Shown here one piece after another: positions 50,260-61,689 of a stretch of DNA of 64,000 nt. The position numbers were made by a program, and so were the translations under genes. This stretch comes from Leucoraja erinacea (taxonomy: Eukaryota): positions 14,694,001-14,758,000 of the forward strand of contig NC_073389.1 in NCBI RefSeq assembly GCF_028641065.1, written 5' to 3'. How positions within the stretch are numbered: position 1 is the first letter of the stretch; every line of letters begins with the position of its first letter. The notes beneath the pieces are model-generated. The model saw only the letters and a program-made list of their open reading frames with translations, did no database searches and was not told the origin of the DNA.

Positions 50260-50815
50260 AGTCAGAGGTTTCTTGTAGAGATGTATAAAATCAAATGGGA
50301 AATAGATGGGGTGAATGCACAGTCTTTCACCCAAGGTAGGGGAATCTAGAACCAGAGTACATAGGTTTAAGAAAAGAGGGGAAAGATTTAATATGAACTG
50401 AAGGGGCAATGTTTTCAATGAGAGGGCGGTGGGTATAAGGAACGGGCTGCCTGAGGCGGTAGTTGAAGCAGGTGCTGTAACAGCATTTGAAAAGCACCGG
50501 GAAAGGTACATCTACAGCAAAGGTTTGGAGGGAAATGAACAAAATGTGGGTAAATAGGACTTGCTCACATGGGGCAACGTGGTCCACGTGGATGAGTTGT
50601 GCTGCAGAGCCAAATTGTTGCTGTGTAATTCCATGACCTTGTTTGGGAGGGCGGCAGAGGAAGAAATTCCCACATTTAAGGACAAGCAATTTGAACGGGA
50701 AGGCATAAAATGCTGGAGGTCAGTTCCTGGAATTTGGGATCAGCATCGATTGATTGATAATGGGCAACACTGGTGTGGTCGGCTAAAGACACTGTAACTG
50801 CGTTGTATGACTTTT
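50260..50815 (+). mobile_element. CR1 3' fragments
   Basis: cttgtagagatgtataaaatc...ggtaggggaatctagaaccagag...ctgcctgaggcggtagttgaagcagg. Confidence 0.8.
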
Positions 50816-51154
50816 TGCTTGACCAGTTGATAGATGCACAACAGTCTATATGGTGATCTCCTGTGGAATTCTTTTCAGACTTTACTTGTTCTGGAAGAAT
50901 TTTTAATCTAAGGCTGACCAAAGGCTGGATTTTGTTTATTTTGAATTGTAAGCTTAAAAAACATCTGATGCAATGTTGGCTTTGCCCGAGAAGAGAACAA
51001 TGTATTTCCCTCTCCATTCCCTCCCCCCCCACCACCTACTTTCCAGGGCTCAACCTCATTTGAAGGTGCAACAATTTCCTGCAGGTAATCGTGTAATTAA
51101 CTTATCCAGCTATTCAGCCCATTTTTCCCCTCTCCTGCCCTCAATTACTTTGGG

Positions 51155-51395
51155 TGGAGTCAGGGGAGAGGGAAACTAGAGATATGGAGTGGTAAGGTGT
51201 GAAAACGACAGATCAAAGGAGACAATGACCAAGGAATTGCAGTATGGTTCATTGTTGGCTGAGGTGACAACGTTGCATAGAAACATAAAAAAAAAAGATT
51301 CAGGAGGACAGTGAAACTAGTCGGAGAACTGGGATGGGGAGGGATGGAGATAGAGGGAAAGCAAGGGTTACGAAGTTAGATCAATATTCATACAA
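51155..51395 (-). mobile_element. Penelope 3'UTR fragment
   Basis: gagtcaggggagaggg...agcaagggttacgaagttagatcaatattcatac matches the 27750-28000 region. Confidence 0.7.
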
Positions 51396-52669
51396 GCAGA
51401 GGCTGTATGAGCCTCACTGAGGCTCAAATGACAATAAATGGTATTGTATTGTATTGTTTGGAAATATGGAGCCCATTATCTGAGTGGGTGGTGGAGGCTG
51501 AGATTCTCACAACATCTAAGGACATTTTATCGGGACAAGCAATTTGATCAGCAAGATATAAAAGGCTATGAGCCAGTACTGGAAATAGGGATTAGCATAG
51601 GTTGATTCCCAATAGTCGCCATGGACATGGTGGGGTGAAGAGCCTGTATCTCCGACGTATAACTTTAAAACTCGACAATTTGTAGCATGAAGCAGCAAGT
51701 ATAATGTCCTAATTTATGCTCATGTTAGCAATCATTTATGATTGGTAACATGAAAAGCAAATGAAGAATAAGTTTGATGTGAAAAAACTTTTGGCAATTT
51801 CTATAGGTTAACTGGAGTAAATCTGAATCAACCTTGATATATCAGTGGAGTCCTTTATTCGGTGACGAACCATTACATTTGCAGTTTGGAAAATTCAAGT
51901 TATTTTTTTCTTCCAATATTCTGATCTGCATATCAAAAATAACAAGAGGAAGTTAATTTCATTCCCTTTATACTGGTCATCCTGAGCTGGCTGTATGAAT
52001 TTCCTTTGTTCCCTTCCTTTCTGTGGATCATTTGAGAGCTGGATTTCACTCATCATGTTCGTGCTTGGGTTCTTCTCTTTGAACCATTGAATTGCCCTTA
52101 ACTAAAATGAATGTTCTAGGCTGATATCTCATATCAATCCTGCACTTTCACTTGAGGAAGCCATGCCCCATTTCAAGTGTGTTTATCCCTTGCTCCAAAG
52201 CTATATTATTCCAATAATCCTGATGCGCCTTATTTTTAAGTGCTGCAAATTGCACCTCTGGTGCTCAGTAGGTTCGAATTTGTCACATCTGTAATTACAT
52301 GTTTCTTGTGAGCTATCCAATTATTTCATTCATCATTTACCGTGTATCAACAAAAGTTTAAGCGGTCTAAGTGATAAACAAGGAGCTATTGTGTTATTCC
52401 AAAATAACAAAGAAATACACGAGACACCACAAGTTGTAATTAGTTTGCTTCAACAGCCCCTGTGGCAGTTTCACAAGGGACATCACAGAGTGAAAATTGC
52501 TAGTTAATGAATACACAGTTAAATACAAATTGAGAAGGCCTTTTGGCCTCTGGTAATTTATCTATCCAATGAAGAACCCACTGATCTGCCCACCATAACA
52601 ACCTATTCCTTCAATGTTTCTGGAGTTTAAGGTCCATTATCATTACCTTTATCACAAGTGTCTTGCGTC

Positions 52670-52735
52670 ACTCCTCTGGGTCCTCTCTGCAACTCCTCTG
52701 GGTCCTCTCTGCAACTCCTCTGGGTGCTCTCTGCA
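52670..52735. repeat. 3 x 22-bp tandem repeat (actcctctgggtcctctctgca)
   Basis: Directly visible; the third unit has one mismatch. Confidence 0.95.
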
Positions 52736-53349
52736 GCTTGCATCAACGTCAGTGGTACGCTTCAATCACCAGAAAGTATTGCTGGTGCAATTTGATCTGG
52801 ACGTTCTCCAACTGGTACACTGACATTTTGGCTTTATAGTTCAGTATTGTATTTACTTCATTGACCCTCCAGGAAATCCATCCCATTATTTTATCAACAT
52901 CATTGTGACACTGAAAGATCTGCAGTTGCTCCGATCTATTCTGTTGACTTTTGAAAGTGTGCACCACATCATTCCTTGTCCAAGCTAGCGAGAAAGAAAC
53001 TTCACGGGAATTATCAACTCTCAAATAAAATTATAAATCATATCTGTTCTCTTCCCACGGAATAAATAAAGTCACTCCCAGATCTGGTTGATTCGGAGTC
53101 ACTGAGGCTTGTTTATGTTGGTGAGTTATTCAATGGATAATTCCTTTTTGTGGAGGTGAAGGCAATGGAGTGTGGAATCAATTAATCTGTGAAATAATAC
53201 TGTGGGAAGATGATATTATAATTCATCTAAACAATATCCCTGAGTTTTGGTTGTGAACAAACATTTATGTTGTAACTGGAGTAAGATTTCATAGTATTAG
53301 TCATATCTGCAATGTGATGGTGCCCGGCGTATATGACGATAGCATGGTC

Positions 53350-53950
53350 GTGCAGCCTCATGCCTTGTGGGATCGAGTGAGACTCACGGGTCTGATGAGC
53401 GAGACACACACGCAGGGGCACATGAAGGCCGCTGTGGGGGGGATTTAGGGCTGCAGCCTTCCTCCTGTCTGGCACTAACGAGTCGGCTGCTGATCGCCTT
53501 CCTTCCTGTGGGCGAACACGACAGCCAGTCCAGGCACTGGCACGGGTTTCCAGTTTGTTTGGGGCTAGTCCTGCGTGCAGGAGGTGATCCTTGATGCAGT
53601 CTTTGAACCGTTTCTTTGGGGGCCCTGGGTTCCTTTGACCCTGTGACAGAACTCTGTACAGGAGTTTGCGAGCTATGATCCACGTGTATATTCAACGTAA
53701 CGTGCACAAAAATGGACCATGTTTTTGTTTTTCACCAAATCCAGTAAAATTATTGTCACCTCTGCCTGTCTTGTGGCAGCTTTGTAAGATTTGGAAATAG
53801 GGCAAATCAGTTTGCGCTTTAACACCTCGATGCAGGCACAATGGACCAAGTGATGACATGCCTTGCTGTGTGATTTGATGAAAAGTCTCCATGTCCGAAT
53901 CGGTATTCGCAATGACGCTTATTTTCTCAGTCTGTCTTCATCTCTTTGGA
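53350..53950 (-). mobile_element. Decayed RTE-clade LINE 3' fragment
   Basis: Minus strand RKLLYRVLSQGQRNPGPPKKRFKDCIK resembles the RTE ORF C-terminus (LLYGEL.xG.R..G.QKKRFKD). Upstream FHQ...EVLKR also fits. Confidence 0.7.
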
Positions 53951-54234
53951 ACTTTTAAAAATGCTTTTATAAATATTTTGATGTAGCACTTGCAATCACG
54001 ATTCCTCGATGCTTATTGATCTCCGCTATCGGGAATGAGATGGTGATTGAAGTGTCTGTTGATTATTTGCACGTGACAACTCCCTTCAGCAATCCCCACT
54101 TTCAATGATCACTGACCCACTGATCAGGCAATGGCTCACAGTGGTTTGGGAATCGATTGTATACACTAAGTACCATGTCCTCACTCCTACACATTTTACC
54201 TCCCATTTCACTCCTGCCAGTGAAGAAGCTAAGT

Positions 54235-54510
54235 GTAACGTCCAGGTTCAGGAATAGCTCCTTCCCAACAACCAGCGGACTATGAACACTCTAACCTCCA
54301 ACTAAACTGCAAACTGCCTTGATTGCACTCGGGACTTTGGGCTTTGTTTTTTGGTTTTTGTACTATATTTCACTTTTCTTTAAATTTATTCTGCTTCTCT
54401 TTGTTCTTTATTATGTTACCTACTGAGTCTTATGTTGATGCACCTATTGTGCTGCTGCACGTAAGGATTTAATTGTTCCATTTTGTTTGACAATAAACAC
54501 TCTTGACTTC
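54235..54510 (+). mobile_element. Rex1/Babar C-terminus and 3'UTR
   Basis: ccaggttcaggaatagctccttccca (RFRNSS)...gacaataaacactcttgact tail. Confidence 0.65.
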
Positions 54511-54589
54511 CTTGCAGCCTTTTATGTCACTACACTGCGGCAACCATCATGAGAATTCTTCATGAGACCTTAGAGTTTTAGATTTTCGA

Positions 54590-54730
54590 CTTTAGAGATA
54601 CAGCGTGGAAACAGGCCCTTTGGCAGTCACAGAGAGAACATACAAACTCCATATGGACAGCACCCATAGTTATGAATGAATTCAGGTCTCTGGCGATGTA
54701 AGGCAGCAACATTACCGTTGAGCCACTGGA
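54590..54730 (-). mobile_element. V-SINE, internally deleted
   Basis: tttagagatacagcgtggaaacaggccc joined to gtcacagagagaacatacaaactcc. Confidence 0.75.
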
Positions 54731-55459
54731 CTGTCCCTACTGGTTCAATACCATGACAGTAAACTCTACATGCAGGTCCTCACAGAATCACACGGGTCCA
54801 GTTATATTATATGGCTGACATGCGGACATCATCAAGGATTTCTGCCAAGTTTCAAGATTTATTTGCGGAGATGAGAGTGGATGCCAGTGCTAGCGAACAT
54901 ACAGCACTGGAACAGGCCCTACGGCCCACAATATCTTGCCGATCATGATGCCAAGCTCAACTAATGTTATCTACCTGCATATGATCCATATCCCTCCATT
55001 CCCTGCACATCTAAAAGCCTCTTAAATGCTACTTAGCACAAATTCAGAACATGAAAGAGAGTGAACATCGATTTCCAGGCATTGGTTTCTTTGGCAATTA
55101 CCTTTAAAAAAGAAAAGGTGTCGATGGGACTGTGATGTATCCCCAAGAGAGCAGGCGCTGTAGTTTGGTGTTTCATCTCAAAGTTGTCTTCTTCAACAGT
55201 GCAGTGAGCCATTAAAGTTCCACTTGGTGTGTCAGCCGAGATAAAGTGAACCCAGAGTCTATTATAGTCACAGTTAGCGCACGTACATTTCATAGAATTT
55301 TGCAGTTTCTTGCCTGAGTCCCAGAAGGGTATTGTTTGGAATCTTTTCAACTGTTCAGTTGTCCTTTCAAGAAAGGTTGATTTATCTGACAAAGAATTTG
55401 GCTTTCACTCCAGCAGAGTTTCCCTCCTCAAGACAGTGTAGTAGACCATTGCATGGCTG

Positions 55460-55687
55460 ATAGAGACGAAATGCTGGAGTAACTCAGCGGGACAAGCAGC
55501 AGCTCTGGAGAGCAGGAATGGGTGACGTTTTGGGTCGAGACCCTACTTCAGAACTCTCTGGAGAAAGGTCTCGACCCGAAATGTTACCCATTCCTTCTCT
55601 CCAGAGATGCTGCCTGTCCTGCTGAATTATTCCAGCAGTTTGTGTCTATCTTCAATTTAAACTCCCATCTGCAGTTCTTTCCTACAC
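55460..55687. mobile_element. pLTR palindrome
   Basis: gctggagtaactcagcgggac...gacgttttgggtcgagaccctacttcag | aggtctcgacccgaaatgttaccc...catctgcagttctttcctaca. Confidence 0.85.
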
Positions 55688-56939
55688 CATTGTCTGGTGT
55701 AACCCACACACGTCACGCCCAGGCAACTAACACACACAACCAAGTTAGGATGGGGTAGAAGCCCAAAGGGTAGGATGGGGCTGATTTTGTAATAGGGAAA
55801 GTGGGAGTGATGCATGTGAATCTGTTTCATGTCGACGGCTGTTTGACGATGGTGAGGCTGGGGGATTGGCGATGGGGACAGGTATTCCAACTTCCATCAG
55901 TTGCAAGGTAAGGTTCCATGGGAAAAGGGATCATGGATGCGATAAATGGTGAGATCCTTTGGAACTGACGGAAAAGTCATTGTTGGACGCTAATGCCTGG
56001 ACTGGTTTTTCACCAATGGTTATTGGTTTTCCAGGATCTATTTAATTAAATAACTTTTTTTATTTCATTTCACAGTCACTAAAACAATAGGTATTGTAAC
56101 TATGTACTTTTCAGAGGTGATCTACACATTTTGTTTGCTACTTGTAGGCTTACATGTATGCAATTTTATATTAAAATGTAGCTTAGATCTGTTTGGTCCA
56201 TTAACGCAGGCACTTTTTAAGTGTATATTTTGATTACTTTCCATTCTACCATAGAGATATAAAGTCTATAATAGACTTTAATTATATTTCTATGAATCTA
56301 CAGACCTTGGCTGGGAATCTGGGGCTCACCAAAATAGTTCCCAATTGGGCCCCGCTCCTCCGAAGGCCGGCCCCGCTTACCTAAACACATCTCTGATGCA
56401 TAATTGCATTTTGAGAATTGGATTACTCTGGGGACACAAATTAAATTACAGTGTTGTTAGCTTTTCAGCACAGTTTGCACCTGAAATACTCTGACTGCAC
56501 TGATGGGGAAGGCTGGTGAACCGTGAAGCACCAGCAGTAACTGTGCCGGCTCCATCTGTGGTTAGCACTGATTCTATGTTGTTTACTTATCATTTTCATT
56601 GAAATATTTTATTGCTCTGAGAATTGCATGCTTTCCAGTGAACCTCTTAAATGACTCCTGGGAATGTAATCAAGATTGAGCGATAATTTTAGCTAATAAG
56701 ATTTTACAAATTGTAGCTAATAGCTAGGGCTGCATGTTTAATTTTTGCAGCCAGTACTGATAGAATTTTTTCTGAACGATTATTGAAGGATTTGTTTAAT
56801 TTAAGATTTGCATTATCCCTCTTCAAGACAGTGGATGTAGTGCTTTATTTCCCTTTTCATTAAACCAGATGCATTTGTTTCACATACATGTCTGTATGGG
56901 GTTTGTACAATACAATACAATACAACACTGAACAGTGAC

Positions 56940-57115
56940 GCAGTACCAGAGACCCAGGTTCGATCCTGACCACAGGTGCTGTCTGTATGGAGTCTGCATG
57001 TTCTCCCCGTGACCAGCTTGGGTTTTCTCCAGGTGATCCAGTTTCCTCCCACGCTTCAAAGACATACAGGTTTGTAGGTTAATTGGTTTCGATTAAAAAA
57101 ATTGTAAATTGTCCC
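56940..57115 (+). mobile_element. V-SINE 5' part (a further SINE 3' part lies at ~57668-57830)
   Basis: ccagagacccaggttcgatcctgacc...ttcctcccacgcttcaaagacatacaggtttgtagg. Confidence 0.8.
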
Positions 57116-57254
57116 AAAACTTTACAGATAATGGATTTCCTGAGCGAAGAGGGGTGTGCACAACACATTTATATCAGTGGGACGTTAAAGTTAAAGCACA
57201 AATTGCCTCGTCATGCCTTCGCAACCATCATGTATTTCTCAGAATAAACTCTTA

Positions 57255-57648
57255 AGGACCAGTCCCACCAGCATGCGCCTGCATGCGGCAAGCGCGACCT
57301 AACCAGAAGCGGGGGCCGCGCGGAGTTCGAGTGAGTGACATGAAGTGCGATCGAAGTCCACGGGAAGTTCGCGCATGACGTACAGCGTCGAGGTGGCTGG
57401 GGGCTGGCGGGCCATTGTCACGCAGAATTTTTGAACACGGTCAGTTTTTCGGAGCCTCGCGCGATGCCGGGACCAACTCCACACAACTCCATACGGCTCC
57501 GGCGAGCGAAGTGGGACCGGCCCCGCGAGGCCATACGGCTCAAGCGACCACGTTAGGTTACTCTTGCCGCATGCAGGCGCATGCTGGTGGGACAGGCCCT
57601 TTAGGTCACACTTGCCGCATGGAGTCGCATGCCCATGGGACAAGCCCT
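57255..57648. mobile_element. MITE, Harbinger-like, TTA TSD, with an extra tandem right TIR
   Basis: TTA|aggaccagtcccaccagcatgcgcctgcatgcggcaag...cttgccgcatgcaggcgcatgctggtgggacaggccct|TTA (ends 57600). A second, degenerate right TIR occupies 57601-57648. Confidence 0.85.
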
Positions 57649-58261
57649 TAACACATAGCAAATGCATAGATTAATTGGCTTCTGTAAAATGCCTACATGC
57701 CTTTAACATGTAAAGGATGTTAGTGGACTAGAACATGTAAAGTGGGCTAGAAAGTGGCATTACATAGAAATAGTGTTGTTGTGGACTGAGTAGGCCGCAT
57801 GTTTCCATAGTGTGTCTTCAAACTAAACTAAGCTTTATGCATTCCTCAGTTATCTCCATCAACTGCAAGCTAGCCTGTTTCCTCCACAACTGGGCTCCTG
57901 TGTAGCCCTTCCATGTTTTAGGATGTCTTGATCTCACTTAGAATTCTGCATCTCAAATCCTTCGGCACTGTTCCCAAAGGACCCTCCTAATTGCTGCTTT
58001 AACGTACGTCTGTTTTCCTCGTGACCCGTGAAGCATGCAACAACAATCTGTTCTCCGTAAATTCAAATGTAAATCAGTTCAAATTTATTGTGTTAACATT
58101 GGGTCCAATCAAGGTGACTGATAGCTGATGGTTCTTGAGGTTATCAGCCACTCAGGCTTCTGAGTGTGTGGTGAAACTCAGGGAGTTGATCAGATGTCAT
58201 GTGGAGATAGGAACTGCAACACATTGTATTGTATTGTATTGTATTTTAATGACCACACAGC

Positions 58262-58345
58262 CAGGCTCGACCCAAAACATCACCTATTCCTTTTCTCCAG
58301 AGATGCTGCCTGTCCCGCTGAGTTACTCCAGCTTTTTGTGTCTGC
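58262..58345 (+). mobile_element. pLTR fragment
   Basis: ctcgacccaaaacatcacctattccttttctccagagatgctgcctgtcccgctgagttactccagc. Confidence 0.8.
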
Positions 58346-58589
58346 GATCAGATGTTATTGTCTATTCTGGTGCAGACTCACTGCTGAACCCCAAGGTGGA
58401 GCAGTTACGTTTTTGTCTTTACTTCAATGTATAATTTATTTGTGATAAATGTAAAAATATGCATGACAGAAATATTGTCATCATTTTCACAGCAAGTCAT
58501 GCTATTCCCATTGCTTAATATTAGCACACCATCAATTATCTTTCATTCACATTTCATTTACAAACTTAAAGGAACTAAATATAGCAAAA

Positions 58590-58910
58590 GGCAGCAAAGT
58601 GGCACAGTTGGTAGAGTGGCTGCCTCACAGCGCCAGAGACCTGGGTTCCATCCTGACGCCGGGTGCTGTCTGTGCGGAGTTTGCATGTTCTCTCCGTGAC
58701 TGCATGGGTTATGTTTGGGTGCTCTGTTTTCCTCCCACATCCCAAAGGTTTGTATGTTAATGGGCCTCTGTAAATGGCTCCTAGTGAGTTGGGAATGGTG
58801 GGAGTTGAGAACGTGAGATATCATAGAACTAGCGTGATTGAGGGTGGGTATGGAGTGGATGGGCCAAAGTGTCTGTTTCCAGGCTGTGTCTCTAAGCTAA
58901 ACAAAACTAA
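58590..58910 (+). mobile_element. V-SINE
   Basis: gtggcacagttggtagag...gggttccatcctgac...ttcctcccacatcccaaag...ctgtgtctctaagctaaac. Confidence 0.83.
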
Positions 58911-59019
58911 GAGAGTTCATAGGATCCTATTGCAGATTTCAATTAATTTGTGCTCAATGGCAGGGTCACTTTTCCCACTGAGATTGGTACTTGCTGCTCT
59001 CCCTCAGCCTTTCCCTTGC

Positions 59020-59500
59020 TTAGAGTTGGACAGTACAAACTGGGCCCTTTGGCTGTTCACATCCACACTGACCTTTTTGTCCTACATTAATCACATTTGC
59101 CTGCAGCAAGACAGTATTTCACGTCACCTTGTCTGTTTAAGTGTCTGCCTAAATGCTTCTTAAACAAAGTGATTGTATCCAAATTCACCACACTTTCAGA
59201 CGGTGAGTTCTAGATCAACCATTTTCTCTGCATATAGATCTTTCCGCTCAAATCCCCTTTAAAACCCCTTCCTCTCATTTTGAGAATACTCTCGAGTTTT
59301 TGTGACCTCTTTTATAGGATCCCTACCATAGTCTTGGACTTTAAACTATGCCGGTTTGACCACAGGAGTGGTTTCCCTGCAGCTGTTAATTTTTTGACTC
59401 CCTTTGAGATCTATTTCTCGACCCGAAACTTCACCCATTCCTTCTCTCCAGAGACGCTGCCTGTTCCGCTGAGTTACTCCAGCTTTTTGTGTCTATCTTT
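59020..59500. mobile_element. CR1 3' fragment (minus) followed by a pLTR fragment (plus, ~59415-59500)
   Basis: tctgtttaagtgtctgcctaaatg...ctttaaactatgcc; then ctcgacccgaaacttcacccattccttctctccagaga. Confidence 0.65.
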
Positions 59501-59979
59501 GTCTCTTTGCTTTCCGGACTGTTCCCCGGTATACCCATGGAGTCCTCCGTTAGGCAGCTGTTCAGGACAAATGTCATCAAATACCTCCGCAAATTCTCCC
59601 AGAGCTTCCTGCCAAAGACTCACTGAACAGAAAGGCTGGATTCACTTTGCATTCAGCCCCACCACTTTAATCAGAAGAGGGCTGATGTTGGAATGGCAAT
59701 TAAACAGATAAGAAAGGGATAGATTGCCCTGTGGTAAAAGTTACGTTAAATGCTCTTTGCCTTCATATTACTTTCAAACGGACATGTGTTTCACTGTGCT
59801 TATAATTACTTTTATTTTAGTTTTTTTTAATTTTAATTTAAATGATTTAAATCAATTTTAATAGCTTGTTAAATTCTTCGCAAACCTTTGCCAGTCAGCG
59901 AGCTGCCTGATGCGGAAAGCCTGCTCACCATTTGCAACCCACAGCTCCCCATGATGGTGCAGGGGTCAGTTCACCTGGC

Positions 59980-60158
59980 AAGGTAGACACAAAAAGCTGG
60001 AGTAACTCAGCGGGACAGGCAGCATCTCTGGAAAAAAAGTTTCGGGTCGAGACCCTTCTTGGGTCCTTCTCTCCAGAGATGCTGCCTGTCCTGCTGAGTT
60101 ACTCCAGCTTTTTGTGTCTATCTTTGTTTTTAAATCAGCATTTGCAGTTCCTTCTTAC
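59980..60158. mobile_element. pLTR palindrome with perfect 14-bp TSD
   Basis: Near-perfect inverted arms (tagacacaaaaagctggagtaactcagc / gctgagttactccagctttttgtgtcta). TSD tcagttcacctggc at 59966-59979 and 60159-60172. Confidence 0.9.
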
Positions 60159-60344
60159 TCAGTTCACCTGGCCTTCTGCATTAGGCGAATGGTGGCAGTG
60201 TGTGACAAGCCCGGTTCCAGACTATTCAGCTCATGGTTGCCATCAAATCTTCTTCAAAGTGGTGCATTTCCAATTTTAAGAATCCTTCAATTATATATTT
60301 ACAATGGATAAAAATTAAACAACAAATGTAACCTCTGCAGATGC

Positions 60345-60578
60345 TGTTTTGTATGAGACGGCTGATGGGGTGGAAGGTGAGGACAATGGGGGACTTTGTC
60401 CTTGTTACGAGGAGGGGGATGGGGAGTGAGAGCGGAGCTGCGGGATATAGAGGAGACCCTGGTGAGAGCCTCATCTATAATAGCAGAGGGGAACCCACTT
60501 TTCCGAAAGAATAAGGTCATCTCCGATGCCCTGGTCTGGAACACCTCATCCTGGGTGCAGATGCGGCGTAGACGGATG
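60345..60578 (-). mobile_element. Penelope RT/linker fragment
   Basis: RLRRICTQDEVFQTRASEMTLFFRKSGFPSAIIDEALTRVS; homologous to ~430-670. Confidence 0.88.
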
Positions 60579-60685
60579 CGTAAATGTAACCTCTGCAAGT
60601 TACTTATCTAATCTCAGTGTTGTGCAGGTGGTAAACGTAATTCCATATATATACATATGCAGCTGTAGGAAAGGCATAAAGGGCC

Positions 60686-60868
60686 GGAGTAACTCAGCGG
60701 ATCTGGCAGCATCACTGGAGAACGTGGATTTGTGGCGTTTCAGGAAGGGTCCCGACTCGAAACATCACCTATCCATCTTGTCCAAGATGCTGCCTGTCCC
60801 ACTGAGTTACTCCAGCATTTTGTGTCTTTCCTTGGTCAACCATCATCTGCAGTTCATCGTTTCTATAG
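60686..60868. mobile_element. pLTR palindrome
   Basis: ggagtaactcagcggatctggcagcatc...gaagggtcccgactcgaaacatcacc...gagttactccagc. Confidence 0.78.
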
Positions 60869-60877
60869 ACAGCTGGA

Positions 60878-61146
60878 GCGGCACAGTGGCACAGCAGTGG
60901 AGTTGCTGCCTCACAGCGCCAGAGTCCCGGGTTTGATCCTGGCTACAGTTGCTGTATATTCGTAGTTTGTACGTTCTCCCTGTGAGCGCGTGGGTTTTCT
61001 CCCGCATGCTCCGGTTTCTTCCCACACTCCAAAATTGTCAATTGTCCCTAGTGTGTAGGATAGTATTAGTGTATGGTGTGAGCGTGGACTTGGTGGGTCG
61101 AAGGGCCTGTTGACGCACTATATCTCTAAAGTCTAAAGTAAAGTAA
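60878..61146 (+). mobile_element. V-SINE
   Basis: ggcacagtggcacagcagtggagttgctgcctcacagcgccagag...tatctctaaagtctaaag. Confidence 0.87.
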
Positions 61147-61689
61147 AGCTGTACTTTGCCTATGTTCCAGTATACATTTCTTGTGGAAGACAAATTTATG
61201 GTCATTAATGACTAGTTTTTCCTCTTGCTTTCAACTCTATGAGTGTATAATTGATACTTCCAGTTGTTCTCAGAACTTATCATCATATAATCTATCTTAT
61301 GGCTGTCTGGTTAATATTGACTTGATGCAATAAACAGACTATTACTAGTCATAACTATAGTTAATTGAAGGAGACCACATACAACAGTCATTAATTTACA
61401 GAATTTCTGTATTAAAGTGATGAATACTTGTCATTTGTTTGCAATAACCATGCATCTTTTTGCATTGTAATAAACTAATTCTTTGGATAGAAGCACAAGC
61501 CTGTAATTGATAGTATTAACATGATTCAGAATGAGATCAGTTTACTATCAGACCAGGGTACAATGAAATTCATCATTAGCATGAATCTCAAAGAGTAAGC
61601 AGTATACATAATAATAATAATAATAATAATAATAATAGACAAAACAATAAACACAATGACAAATACTACTCCACCACTGCAGCCACTGT

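Noticed and set aside
52670-52735. CRISPR-like array
   Set aside because: The repeats are directly adjacent with no spacers, there are no cas genes, and the context is eukaryotic.
55033-55392. 119-aa ORF in unique sequence
   Set aside because: No recognisable motif or codon signal; the length is within chance expectation.
56250-56375. ~45-bp imperfect palindrome and a GC-rich ...ggccggcccc end
   Set aside because: Possibly tiny DNA-transposon relics, but I could not find a matching opposite end or TSD.
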